Positions 7,616 to 17,914 are shown, counted from the stretch's first letter. The stretch is 64,000 nt of DNA from Planctomycetota bacterium (GCA_016200265.1 JACQFE010000006.1:4112-68111), one strand, 5' to 3'. Translations and numbers: made by a program. Notes: generated by a model from the sequence alone, not told the origin.

Positions 7616-10570
7616 TCACTCCACTGAAGGTCCAGTTGCAATTGTCTCCGCCGATGCTCTGGGATCGCCGTGATGTGCAAATTCTCCGAGGTCCCATTCG
7701 TCGCCTTCGAGTACGACGTCAAATCCGTGTTTTCGGCCGAAGCCCTCGAGTTTTGCGATGGTCTCAAGTTGAAGAGGTCCGTACAAACCAGGTAGATCGT
7801 AGGCGCGCTCGAACGAGAGCAAGATCGTTTCAGCCACACAGGCCGGAACGTGCCGATCGTGCCCCCCGCGAAGTGCACGCACGTCGGCCTCACCGGCGAC
7901 CTCCACGGTTCCGCCGTCGATGAGCATTACGTCGGGCCGCGTCTTTCGAATGTCGCGGCAGACGTTGAACGGCCTGGACACATCGCAGACGACGGCCCCC
8001 CGCTTGAGATGACGCTCGAAGATCAGCACATCGACGGAATTGGTTGCGCTGATCACGATATCGGCCTGGGGCAGCTTTGCGTCGAAATCGGTCGTCAAGG
8101 AAAGCCGGTCGTCCGAAACCAGCAAGTTCTTCAAAACGTCGCGGCGACCACCGGCCTTTTCCGCAAGCCCAGCCAGATGCGCCGCAAGCGTTTGATCACC
8201 AGACGTTCGGCCTTGGTGCCGGGCAGCCAGCGCATGTTCGGCCGCCTCACACGCGATATCCAATAACTTCGACACGCTTCGCTCGGGCAACAACGGGTTG
8301 CCGACGAGAATCATTCGGCTCACGCTTTCCGCCATCAGCAGCGCGGCGGCGCGGCTGATGATCCCGCCGGCGCCGACGATGGCGACGGTGGCGTCTTCCA
8401 GCTTCACGCCTCGCTGACGGCATCCGAGTTCGACAGCCCGCTTGGCCATGACCACAGTGTAGGAATTCCCGTTCGTGAGTCTGGGGAGGTTCGGGCCGGT
8501 AAGGGACATGCCGCCCTGGGTAACAATTGAAGTAAACCCACCGAGTCCGACGATTTCCGCGCCGCGTGCCTTGGCGATCTCCACGGCGCGCAGCACTTCG
8601 GCCAAGGCCGTTTCAGCGGGAAGATGCATAAGCTCCTCAGCGGTGTGTGGAATCAGGATCAGTTCGCCGACGGCACCGCCTCCGGCGGGAGATCGAACCG
8701 AGATGGCGCCGACGGGAAACGGATCGACGAAATGGCTGATGCGACGGTGCAGCTCGTCGAGTTGCTTTTCGTTGAAGTCCGAGAACGACGGGTCGAAATC
8801 GGCATAGTCGCGGCTGGATAGCAGGTGAACGAGGAACGCGAAGCGGGTTCCTGAAGTGTCAACATGGCCTCGATGATACTCGCGATGCGAGGCTCTTAGA
8901 GAATCCGATTTCGCCACTGTGGCATGACATGGCACATCCTCACTTTGTCCGAGCACCATGTATCCGAACAGGGCACCGGCGTCCCCCTTTTGGAGCAATT
9001 CAAGCGTCCGATCGAGTGCGTGGATAAGCGCCGACCATTCCTCGCGTCCGGCAATCAGGGGCGGTTCGATTCGCAACACGGGTGCGCCGGCAAAAGCGGG
9101 AGCGACTCGCACACGCTCGACGTTGAGCAGGTAGCCGACGACGATTTGCAGGAGCAGTTGCTGCTCGGCCAGATGGACCAGCAGATCGGAGCCCAGGCCG
9201 TCCTCGTCGAATGCGAATTCCAAACCGAGCATGTATCCGCGTCCGCGGATTTCCGAGATGAGCCTAGGATAACGGGATTTCAAGTCTTCGAGTTGACGTT
9301 TAAGTGCTTCGCCGTTTTCCGCTATGTGCCGCACGAGCGCGCGGTCTTGCGCCTCCAACATATTCAGCACAGCGACTCCGGCGCAACAAGCGAGGGTGTT
9401 CCCGGCGAATGTGGAGGAATGCCAAAGCTCAAAATAGATGTTGTAGACCGCACTGGTGTACACACAAGCACCGATGGGCATCAGCCCGCCGCCCAATGCC
9501 TTGGCAAGAACGAGAATGTCCGGATTCACGCCGGCGTGCTCGCACGCGAACATTGTCCCGGTGCGACCGAGTCCGGTCTGCACTTCGTCTGCGATCAGCA
9601 AGACGCCGACATCGCTGCACAGTCGCTTTGCACCGTTCAAGTATCCGCTCGGGGCTTCGACGATTCCGCCCTCGCCCTGAATCGGCTCTACAAGAAATGC
9701 CGCGTAGTAGCCTGGGCGGCCCGCGAGGGCGGCTCGGAGGGCTTCGAGGTCGCCGTAAGGCACACGATCGAATCCCGGCACGGGTGCACCGAAATTCCGT
9801 TGAAACATCTCTCGTCCCGTGGCCGACATGGATCCGAGGGTTAGCCCGTGGAACGCATTTTCTGTGGATAGAACTCCGTTTCGCTTGGTGGCCGATCGGG
9901 CCAGCTTCAGCGCCACCTCGACGGCTTCAGTTCCACTATTGGCAAACGTGACATGCCGCATGTCTCCCGGCGCAATACGAACCAGCCGCTCGGCAAGTTC
10001 GCCGGCCGCGTCCATCAGTCCGGGATTCACAAAACTGGGAGTGAGCCGGTCTCTTGCTTCCAAAAGTGCGTCCCAGATTTCCGGAGGGTTGAATCCGAAA
10101 GGGAGGGCGCCGTATTGGGCGATGAGGTCCACATACCGATTGCCTATTTCATCATACAGATAGCAGCGCTCGCCGCGCACGAAGCGTTTGTCCAATCCAA
10201 GCTGTGAAAAAAGGAAGTACTTGTACGGCCCCACATACTGTCCGTAAGGATGAGCGTGCCGTGGAAGATCGTCGATGGAAGGTGGCGCAAGTCTCTCATT
10301 ACCCGTTAGTGAAATTTTTCGCTCGACGGGACGTGCACGCGCCGTCGGAGCGGCCATGACGGCGTGATCGCTCTGTTCGCTCGACCGCGAACTTTCCCGA
10401 GGGGTGTCTTCCTGGAGCAACTTCAGCAGGTAGTCTTTGTGCCGGCGCAGCTCGTCGCGCAGGCCGTCATCCAGGACTCCCTTGGGAGCGCTGAAGCGGA
10501 GGCGATCGCCATCGGCCCAAATCTCCACGCCTCGCCGTTTCAAGTCCGTGAGGAATGCGGCAGTCGTCAA
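7616..10570 (-). CDS. TubC_N docking domain + class III aminotransferase + acyl-ACP-reductase-like domain fusion (TamH-like)
   Basis: N-terminal LKRRGVEIWADGDRLRFSAPKGVL. Transaminase motifs NSGTEAVE, FHGLT, EPIQGEGG, DEVQTG and LAKALGGG (PLP Lys). Reductase motifs FAFLVH, VGLGGFTSIV, TNGNSYT, VAIVGAGG, CDVSRP and PACVAET. Confidence 0.85.
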   Translation of the reverse strand: MTTAAFLTDLKRRGVEIWADGDRLRFSAPKGVLDDGLRDELRRHKDYLLKLLQEDTPRESSRSSEQSDHAVMAAPTARARPVERKISLTGNERLAPPSIDDLPRHAHPYGQYVGPYKYFLFSQLGLDKRFVRGERCYLYDEIGNRYVDLIAQYGALPFGFNPPEIWDALLEARDRLTPSFVNPGLMDAAGELAERLVRIAPGDMRHVTFANSGTEAVEVALKLARSATKRNGVLSTENAFHGLTLGSMSATGREMFQRNFGAPVPGFDRVPYGDLEALRAALAGRPGYYAAFLVEPIQGEGGIVEAPSGYLNGAKRLCSDVGVLLIADEVQTGLGRTGTMFACEHAGVNPDILVLAKALGGGLMPIGACVYTSAVYNIYFELWHSSTFAGNTLACCAGVAVLNMLEAQDRALVRHIAENGEALKRQLEDLKSRYPRLISEIRGRGYMLGLEFAFDEDGLGSDLLVHLAEQQLLLQIVVGYLLNVERVRVAPAFAGAPVLRIEPPLIAGREEWSALIHALDRTLELLQKGDAGALFGYMVLGQSEDVPCHATVAKSDSLRASHREYHRGHVDTSGTRFAFLVHLLSSRDYADFDPSFSDFNEKQLDELHRRISHFVDPFPVGAISVRSPAGGGAVGELILIPHTAEELMHLPAETALAEVLRAVEIAKARGAEIVGLGGFTSIVTQGGMSLTGPNLPRLTNGNSYTVVMAKRAVELGCRQRGVKLEDATVAIVGAGGIISRAAALLMAESVSRMILVGNPLLPERSVSKLLDIACEAAEHALAARHQGRTSGDQTLAAHLAGLAEKAGGRRDVLKNLLVSDDRLSLTTDFDAKLPQADIVISATNSVDVLIFERHLKRGAVVCDVSRPFNVCRDIRKTRPDVMLIDGGTVEVAGEADVRALRGGHDRHVPACVAETILLSFERAYDLPGLYGPLQLETIAKLEGFGRKHGFDVVLEGDEWDLGEFAHHGDPRASAETIATGPSVE

Positions 10571-13500
10571 ATTTCACCCTCCTCCCGATCTTCCAATCGC
10601 GATGTTGCAGAGTCGATTTCGTCGGAGACATCCGTTTCCGCGATGGGTTCCGGCAGCGGACCCCCGACAAGAGAATGCACCTGACGATGTCCGTTGTCGA
10701 GATGAAAATGAGGCTGAATGCGATCGAAGTCCAGCCACCCGATCTGGCACAGACCAATCCCTTCTCTCGGCGCCTCCGTTTCAAGAAGCTGGGTCATCAG
10801 GCCGGACTCGATGATGGAAAATCGCAGTGCGTGCTCGCCGTACAGCGGTTCGATCGCCCGAAGTTGTGTGATGAAGAAGATCGAAAACGCGGCTTGTTCA
10901 AACATGCCGCGATTGACGAATGGCTCGTGAACGTCGGGATCAATGTCCGTGCCGGGCGACAAAGCAAGCAGAGCATGTTCTGCAGGATGATAGTAGTAGA
11001 CGCCACCATCCATGCGCTCCACGCGGCCGGGTTTCACATGGACATACGACTGAACCGGATAAAGCCCGCCTGCGGAACCATATTCATATTTGGGAGCGCC
11101 ATGCAACGAAAAGCGACGGAGGTTGCCGAGGAGACGACCCACTGATTCGAATTTCAACGGCGTCGCCGCAAACCGCCGATGGCTGCGACGACTAAATCTC
11201 ATTTTCGAATCCGGGCAGTCGAGAGCCGCACGTTCGAAGCGGATGCGCGGCGTGTCGGTCCCGAAATGCCGAAGCCCCGGCGCTGCGGCCTTAAATCGCT
11301 CGCGCTCTCGCGGATCAAGGATCAGTCTTGAAGACGACGACTGGGGCACTTGCGAGCTGAGCCCCGCAAGTGCGGTTGAAGATGACGGTTCTGCGCGCTG
11401 ATTCGCGCCGCGCTGGCGTGCTGCGGCCAGCGCATTCACCGTTGGAGTTCGGAAGAACTCGGCGAGTGATGGCTGGAAGCCGAATTCAGCCTCAATCCTA
11501 TTCGCAATTCTCACCATATCCACCGAATCGGCTCCGAGGTGAAGGAGGTTCGCATCGGCCGCGACGCTGGACAGCCCAAGTTCCTTCGCAATCAGCTCCG
11601 ACATTCGGAGGACAATCGGGTCCGGCGCGACCGCCGCGGATGTCGTGGCCGATGTGACGATTGAAGCGGGGTCGGGCAATAGGTCTCGGTTGAGCTTGCC
11701 ATTCGATGTCAGGGGAATCTTGGCAATGGGGACAATTTGAGTCGGTGTCATGTGGCATGGAAGACGCGATTGGACGTGCTCACGAAGACTCTGCAGGACG
11801 GTCGCCTCGGCGGCTTTTCCCGCGCATCCATTCTCGCGAAGCACGACATAGCCCACCAAGTGTCGATTCGCACGGTCTTTGCCCACAGCGGCGGCGACGG
11901 CGTGCTGGACCGCCGGATGGCTTGCCATCGCAGACTCAATTTCGCCCAATTCGATTCGGTGCCCGCGAATCTTGACCTGATGATCGAGGCGTCCAAGAAA
12001 CTCGATATTACCATCAGGAAGAAAGCGACCCCGGTCTCCGGTTCGGTAAAGTCGCTCACCGCTGACGGGATGCCGGAAAAAGCTTTCTGCGGTCTTCCGA
12101 TCGTCCCGCCAGTAACCACGAGCAAGCCCGACGCCGCCGATGTAAAGATCGCCCGGCACCCAGGTCGGGCAATCGTCCAAATCCGCATTCAACACACGCC
12201 AGCTTTGATTGCGCAATGCTTTGCCATAGGGAATGCTGGTCCATTCGGGATCGACGGATTCGATCGGGTAGTGGATTGACCAGATGGAGGCTTCCGTGGC
12301 GCCGCCAAGGCCGATGATTCGCGCATGGGGTGCCATCCGGCGAATCCGATCCGGAAGACTCACGGGAATCCAATCACCGCTGAGCAGCACGAGTCGGAGA
12401 CTCTCCAATATCGTTCCACGCCCGGCCAAGTGTTCCACGAGCATTTCCATCAGTGCGGGAACTGTGTTCCAAACCGTGATTCGTTCTTGTTGAATCAGCT
12501 CGGTCCAGCGTCGTGGATCTCGCACCGCGCCGGCCTCGGGCATGACGACTGTGCCACCTGCGGCGAGGAGCCCGAACATGTCGTACACCGACAGATCAAA
12601 ATGCAATGCGGAGAGTGCCAGAATCTTGTCATCGGGGCCGATCCCGAAACGATCATTCAGGTCAAGAATCGTGTTGACCGCGCCGCGATGATCGGTCATC
12701 ACCCCTTTGGGAGTTCCCGTCGAGCCGGAGGTGAAGATCACATACGCGAGGCGTTCGGGATCCACGGGCTTTTCTTCGCGAGCAATGTCTTCCGACATCG
12801 CGTTTTCCAGAGTGACGCAATGAACGCCTTCCGGCCAGGTCAGACTGGCGGACAGCAATGGGGTCGTCACGGCAATCTGAATCTCTCCGATTTCAAGGGC
12901 CTGTTGAAAACGACTTTCGGGCCAGGTCGGGTCAATCGGCAAGTAGGTGGCTCCGACTTCCAGGATTCCAAGCGCGGCGATGACCTGGCCGGCTTCTTTT
13001 TCCATCACCACAGCCACAGGTCGATCCGACGCGGCGCCCATCGTGCGCAGTCTTTGGGCAAGTCGCAAGGCTTGTCGACGGAGCGCTTCGTAGTCCAGTG
13101 TTTGTCCATCCGCGATGACCGCCGGACGATCAGAATAGATGGAGGCGCTGCGGAAAAACAGGGTGTGCAAACCATCGGCGGTCAACGGTGCGGCGGTGTC
13201 ATTGGCCGCATCTCGGACTTGATGTTGGACCGTCGGGAGCTCGATCGCCCCTTTTTGCTCCCATGCCGCCGGGTCATAGGCCAGCCGGTGCAGAAGTTGG
13301 CCATAGGTTTCGAACATGTCCTGCAAGAGCCCGGCCGGGAACAAATCCTCCACGGCGTCCCAGGTCAGCACGAGTGAGTCTCCCTGCTCCATGACCTGGT
13401 GATCCAGCCAGACCTGCGGAGTCTGCGAGATTCCGTACACGAACTCGCCCACAGAGAGGATGCGGGCGGCTGGCACCGACGCGCCGAAGATGCTCGTGAA

Positions 13501-14682
13501 CACGATGGGGCTGAAGGAAGAATCCTGCCGCTTCTCCTGTCGCATCAAGTCGCGCAGCACTCGGATGCCACTGTATTGGCAGTGATCGAGGTCGTCCCAG
13601 AATTGCTGCTGCTGCCGCCGGGCACATTGCAGAAAAGTCGAGTTTTCGGCGCCATCGAACGCAACCAGCATCGTGGAGGTGAAATCGCCGATAAGTTCAA
13701 GAACCTGAGGGTGGAGCGGGTTACGGTTAAAGACTGTGGCGTTGATCGTAAACCGCGGATTCTGGCTCCATCGCCGCAGGACCGTCCCAAATGCCGCCAG
13801 CAGGATGCCAGAGGGAGTCAGGTTCGAGTTGCGAGCGGCATTCTTCAGTCGGCCCCACTGTTTCTCATCCAGCGTACGGGAAAGGCGCACGAATTTCGGT
13901 TTTGGAATTTGACGCGGATCGCGAGCCAAAGGAAGACCCGGCGCCGACGGCAAAGTGGACAGCCGATCCCGCCAGTACGCTTCGGCCCGCTTGTATTCCG
14001 CACCGCTCCGTGCTGCTTCCTCCGCCAACACATAGTCTCGAAAGGAAATCTCCAGGGTCGGCAATGGAAGATCAGGATTGTCGTATAACATGAACCACTG
14101 GGCGAACAGGATGCGAATGCTCCAGGCATCCAGAATGAGCAGGCTCAGGCTGATGTGCAGCCGGACGTGGCATTCGTCAATGAAAGTCGCGCGGATGTCG
14201 AAGAGCGGATAACGATCGGGGGCCGGCACCTGGTGCGACATTTCATCACGTGTCGCGAGAAGACCCTGTTCTTGAAGATGCTCGCCAGCCGCGCGCAGGT
14301 CATTCGTTCGAATGTTGAAAAAAGGAACGGCCTTGAGAATTCGCTGCCGTCCGTCATTACCGATCACGGCGCGAAGCATGTCGTGGTAGCCGATGAGTCG
14401 GTTGAATGCTCGCTCCAGGCGCGGGAGGTCCAGATTTTCAGATTCAAACTCGAAATAGGCGTGCGCGGCAACAGTGCCCAGATCAAACAATCCCTGCTGT
14501 CCAAGCCAGTACGCGTATTGGGCGTCAGTCAATGGAAATGGATCGTGACGTCCGGATGGATCGGCAGTCCATGCGGGCGTCGGCCCGGTCTGGATTTGCT
14601 GCTTATTGCGCAGAAGATCTGCCAGCAGGAGACGCCGCTGCTCCGCGGAGAGTCTCTCGAGGTCGGCTTGACTTGTCGACAT
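10567..14682 (-). CDS. NRPS module Cy-A(Cys)-PCP-Ox (thiazole-forming)
   Basis: Cy: PFPLTDAQYAY, IGDFTS, PIVFTS, SQTPQVWLD. A: YVIFTSGSTGTPKG, code read manually as DLYNLSLIWK (Cys). PCP: LGADS. Ox: RRSHRRF, SAGGLYPVQ. No thioesterase. Confidence 0.93.
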   Translation of the reverse strand: MSTSQADLERLSAEQRRLLLADLLRNKQQIQTGPTPAWTADPSGRHDPFPLTDAQYAYWLGQQGLFDLGTVAAHAYFEFESENLDLPRLERAFNRLIGYHDMLRAVIGNDGRQRILKAVPFFNIRTNDLRAAGEHLQEQGLLATRDEMSHQVPAPDRYPLFDIRATFIDECHVRLHISLSLLILDAWSIRILFAQWFMLYDNPDLPLPTLEISFRDYVLAEEAARSGAEYKRAEAYWRDRLSTLPSAPGLPLARDPRQIPKPKFVRLSRTLDEKQWGRLKNAARNSNLTPSGILLAAFGTVLRRWSQNPRFTINATVFNRNPLHPQVLELIGDFTSTMLVAFDGAENSTFLQCARRQQQQFWDDLDHCQYSGIRVLRDLMRQEKRQDSSFSPIVFTSIFGASVPAARILSVGEFVYGISQTPQVWLDHQVMEQGDSLVLTWDAVEDLFPAGLLQDMFETYGQLLHRLAYDPAAWEQKGAIELPTVQHQVRDAANDTAAPLTADGLHTLFFRSASIYSDRPAVIADGQTLDYEALRRQALRLAQRLRTMGAASDRPVAVVMEKEAGQVIAALGILEVGATYLPIDPTWPESRFQQALEIGEIQIAVTTPLLSASLTWPEGVHCVTLENAMSEDIAREEKPVDPERLAYVIFTSGSTGTPKGVMTDHRGAVNTILDLNDRFGIGPDDKILALSALHFDLSVYDMFGLLAAGGTVVMPEAGAVRDPRRWTELIQQERITVWNTVPALMEMLVEHLAGRGTILESLRLVLLSGDWIPVSLPDRIRRMAPHARIIGLGGATEASIWSIHYPIESVDPEWTSIPYGKALRNQSWRVLNADLDDCPTWVPGDLYIGGVGLARGYWRDDRKTAESFFRHPVSGERLYRTGDRGRFLPDGNIEFLGRLDHQVKIRGHRIELGEIESAMASHPAVQHAVAAAVGKDRANRHLVGYVVLRENGCAGKAAEATVLQSLREHVQSRLPCHMTPTQIVPIAKIPLTSNGKLNRDLLPDPASIVTSATTSAAVAPDPIVLRMSELIAKELGLSSVAADANLLHLGADSVDMVRIANRIEAEFGFQPSLAEFFRTPTVNALAAARQRGANQRAEPSSSTALAGLSSQVPQSSSSRLILDPRERERFKAAAPGLRHFGTDTPRIRFERAALDCPDSKMRFSRRSHRRFAATPLKFESVGRLLGNLRRFSLHGAPKYEYGSAGGLYPVQSYVHVKPGRVERMDGGVYYYHPAEHALLALSPGTDIDPDVHEPFVNRGMFEQAAFSIFFITQLRAIEPLYGEHALRFSIIESGLMTQLLETEAPREGIGLCQIGWLDFDRIQPHFHLDNGHRQVHSLVGGPLPEPIAETDVSDEIDSATSRLEDREEGEI

Positions 14683-14793
14683 GCTTCTTGCCCTCAGCCA
14701 TGAACTCTTCGAAAACGACTAGCATCTCTCCGGTGCGAAACCGTGAATTTTTCGCAGCGAATGTACTCGTCGGCGATCCACATACGGTCACGT

Positions 14794-16242
14794 CTACGCG
14801 ACACCGGCAGACGAAGAATCAAGCACGACGAGTCCCGGCCGTGAGGCATTGCCGGGAGCCAAATCTCGGTATGCACGTTCGCGCAGAAGAGCGTTTCTCT
14901 GAAACGCCAGCACAGTCTGCACCAAGGGCGTGTAGTAAACCCCCTCCGGAGTGAGCGAAATACGATCCTCAGACCAGTCCACCAGCCCTCGCTCCCGGAG
15001 TGCATCCCAACTCGCTCTGTGCTCCTCAAGAACGTCCGCGCCGAAACGAGATTGATATCCCCGGCGATCGACCCACATGCCCTGCAAATGGCGGAACAGC
15101 TGATCCAGACGGTGGTCCACCGCGTCTCGACGGAACCCACATTCAATGGGCATCTCGTCGCGGGAGAGACGTCCGACATAATCCTTGACGCGCCGCGCGT
15201 TCACATAGGTTAGACTCGTGGAGGCATCGCTCGATTGAAAATTGGATACTCCCGCGAAGCCCCACCCGAACGTCTCATGACAGTGCCAGTCTCGCTCGCA
15301 CTCTTCGTAGACGAATTCACCAGCCTTGTCGTCACATGTCTTTTCGAAATCATACGGGGTCCGCTGACGATAGCCGTTGGCCGCAAGAAAATCCCGCGAT
15401 GCGTGGTACATCTCCCGACATACAGCTGGCGAAGGAAGCTCATCGCGCCGATGGAGGGCAAAATCCGTTGCCCCACCAACGTTGAGCTCATAATGCGTAA
15501 TGTGATCCACGCCCGTCGCCACGAGCCGTTCCAAATCGGCAAGCATGAGTGAAACGGTTTGTCTTGGCCAGCCGAAAATCAAGTCGGCATTGCAGGCCAA
15601 TCCAAACTCCTGACACCATTCGATGGCATCCAGTGTGTGCTCGACGGTTTGTTTTCGACCGCTGAAGGCATTCAGTTCGGAATTGAGTTGCTGCACGCCC
15701 ATGCTGATGCGACGAATCCCCACGTCTTTCATCGCCAGCAGTTTTTCCCGTGAAAAAAGCGGCGGAATGCCTTCCAGCGTGATGCAATCCGAATCCGTCA
15801 CATTGGGAAAGACCGTTCGTATGATCGCCACCAGCCGACCGTATTGATCCGCCTTGAGCAGGTTTGGTGTTCCACCCCCGATGTAAACGGATTGGGGCAC
15901 GCGTCCTTCGAGCAGCGGCCGGTAGATCTGTCCCTCTCGTTCCAGATAGCCCAGGTAGTCGTCGATCTGCCTCGAGCCCGCAAAATCCTCCACAGGGAAA
16001 AGGCAATAGCCGCATTTTCCCGGATTAGTGGGGATGCAATATGGAACTCCCACGTACAGGTGAAACTCACGATCCTCGTTGTGTGCAGCATGATTTGATT
16101 CGACGATGTCGCTGACCGGAGCGACCATTTTTCGCCACAGCCGCGGCGAAGGAAAACCGTGCAGAATCTTATTGACCTGCCGAAGCTGCATCTGCTCATT
16201 AAGGAGCAAACGGACGTCGTGCTGATCCGAATCCATAATCAA
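14794..16242 (-). CDS. HemN-like (class C) radical SAM enzyme
   Basis: LYVGVPYC-x7-CGYC, VYIGGGTP, RISMGVQ, DLIFGWPRQT and HITHYEL, plus a HemN_C-like tail. Start is TTG 16242 or ATG 16236. Confidence 0.85.
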   Translation of the reverse strand: MIMDSDQHDVRLLLNEQMQLRQVNKILHGFPSPRLWRKMVAPVSDIVESNHAAHNEDREFHLYVGVPYCIPTNPGKCGYCLFPVEDFAGSRQIDDYLGYLEREGQIYRPLLEGRVPQSVYIGGGTPNLLKADQYGRLVAIIRTVFPNVTDSDCITLEGIPPLFSREKLLAMKDVGIRRISMGVQQLNSELNAFSGRKQTVEHTLDAIEWCQEFGLACNADLIFGWPRQTVSLMLADLERLVATGVDHITHYELNVGGATDFALHRRDELPSPAVCREMYHASRDFLAANGYRQRTPYDFEKTCDDKAGEFVYEECERDWHCHETFGWGFAGVSNFQSSDASTSLTYVNARRVKDYVGRLSRDEMPIECGFRRDAVDHRLDQLFRHLQGMWVDRRGYQSRFGADVLEEHRASWDALRERGLVDWSEDRISLTPEGVYYTPLVQTVLAFQRNALLRERAYRDLAPGNASRPGLVVLDSSSAGVA

Positions 16243-16287
16243 GATCCCACCTCCCAGCGCAATCTCCGGTCGTTTGCCCAGGTTCCC

Positions 16288-17586
16288 TTATACACTCGCT
16301 TCTGTCTGTTCCGAGAGTGCCAAGACGTCTCGCAGCAGATATCGCGAAAGCTCGTCAATGGTCTGAAACATGAGTCCGGCGCCGGGCGGAAGCGTAAAAC
16401 CCAGCGCTTGTTGAATCCGAAATTGCAATTCGATGGCCAGCAACGAATCCAACCCGATGGAAAAAAACCCGCGTTGAAGGTCCGCATGTGCTGCGGTCTT
16501 GAGCTTGAGCAATTCAACCACATTCTGTTCAACAAAATTCGTCAAGAGCGGCAGTCGTTGCGCCGGTGGCGCGGCCTCGATTCGCCGGGAAAGAGTCGTC
16601 GGCGTGACTGAACGCGAGGCTCCCGACCTGGGACTTGGGCGCGCATCGCGTGCAGGCAGTCGAAACGCTGCTTTCGATCGGAACGAATCTCGTGTGACGG
16701 TTCGAAAATGGACGCCTTCAAGAGTCGCCACGCCATATCCGGAATCGTCCGCAACGGAAAAATCGGCGATGCGTTCGTCGGAATGATCCGACGGAACATG
16801 GGGCCGGCAATTCACAAGAACTCGCTGAGGACACTTCCCGGAAAATCGGATTCGATCGATCCGAGTTGGAATCGCGGCTCGATTACTGTCGCTTCCATTG
16901 GAAAATTCCATCGCTGCAACCTGGAGACAACCGTCCAGCAAGGCCGGATGAAAGCGATTTTCGTCGGTCGAATGCGGTGATTTATCGTCAAGGCGCAATT
17001 CGTATCCGATTGTGCCTTTCTCTCTCCAGACGGAACGTACGACGCGAAGCGACTCACCCCATCGGAACGGTCCTGAGTTCGCGCGAGCATAGAAATCTTC
17101 TTCAGATGAGTGAGTTCCGGGACGACCGCCCGCTGAATCTCGCTTCATTTGTTCGAGGAAGGAGACGCCAATCGGCGAAGATTCATGCTCAACGATTCCT
17201 TCGGCATGCTTGCGCCACTCCGACTCATTGTTGGTGGGTATCGCCGCACTCTCCACATCAAAGGCGGCTGTCTCCTGCTTCACGCGACGTACCCGAACGC
17301 GGAAAATTCTCGATTCCTCCGTGGGCAACGCAAGAAAGTCATGAAAGTTCACATCGGCGACCGCGACGCCATAGAGCCCGGTCAATTGCTGGGCGGCGTC
17401 AAGGGCGGCGTCAAGGTAGGCTGCAGCCGGGAGAACCGGCACGTCAAAAAGTCGATGGTCGGAAAGCAGCGGGGTCGAACGGGACCGCACCTCCGTTTGA
17501 AAGTGAATTTCATTGGGGCGGCGGTCCAACACAACCTGTTGCAGCAGCGCATTGGTCAAGCTGGCCGACACGGCGGTTTCACGCAT
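16288..17586 (-). CDS. Stand-alone PKS dehydratase-ACP didomain protein
   Basis: DH motifs LSDHRLFDVPVLPAAAY and HPALLDGCLQ; C-terminal ACP FFSIGLDSLLAIEL. Confidence 0.85.
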   Translation of the reverse strand: MRETAVSASLTNALLQQVVLDRRPNEIHFQTEVRSRSTPLLSDHRLFDVPVLPAAAYLDAALDAAQQLTGLYGVAVADVNFHDFLALPTEESRIFRVRVRRVKQETAAFDVESAAIPTNNESEWRKHAEGIVEHESSPIGVSFLEQMKRDSAGGRPGTHSSEEDFYARANSGPFRWGESLRVVRSVWREKGTIGYELRLDDKSPHSTDENRFHPALLDGCLQVAAMEFSNGSDSNRAAIPTRIDRIRFSGKCPQRVLVNCRPHVPSDHSDERIADFSVADDSGYGVATLEGVHFRTVTRDSFRSKAAFRLPARDARPSPRSGASRSVTPTTLSRRIEAAPPAQRLPLLTNFVEQNVVELLKLKTAAHADLQRGFFSIGLDSLLAIELQFRIQQALGFTLPPGAGLMFQTIDELSRYLLRDVLALSEQTEASV

Positions 17587-17707
17587 TCGACAATCCCAGT
17601 TTGAACGGCAATCGACCTTTCGTCACCGGCCCAAGAGGAACTAACTTATACAGCGTCAACCACTTGATCGTCAAACGATAATTGGCGGATGTGCGAATGG
17701 AACGTGC

Positions 17708-17736
17708 TTGACTTTTCCGACGAATTTCACCAAAAT
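17708..17736 (+). promoter_or_regulatory. Possible sigma70 promoter for the PKS in the divergent intergenic region
   Basis: TTGACT-N17-CAAAAT. Confidence 0.35.
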
Positions 17737-17914
17737 CTCGCCTCGCTCAGGCGACGTGGACCATATTCCCATCCTTGAGACTCAGGGGCCAAGTTCTGGA
17801 GCGCGCTGTCAATTCCCTGCGTCCGGACTTTGCGCATGGCGACCTGGGTCGCCAGCATGACGTGGGTCAGTCCACATTCGCGTTTTGTGAGTTAAACCTC
17901 GGAGGCCGTGATTC

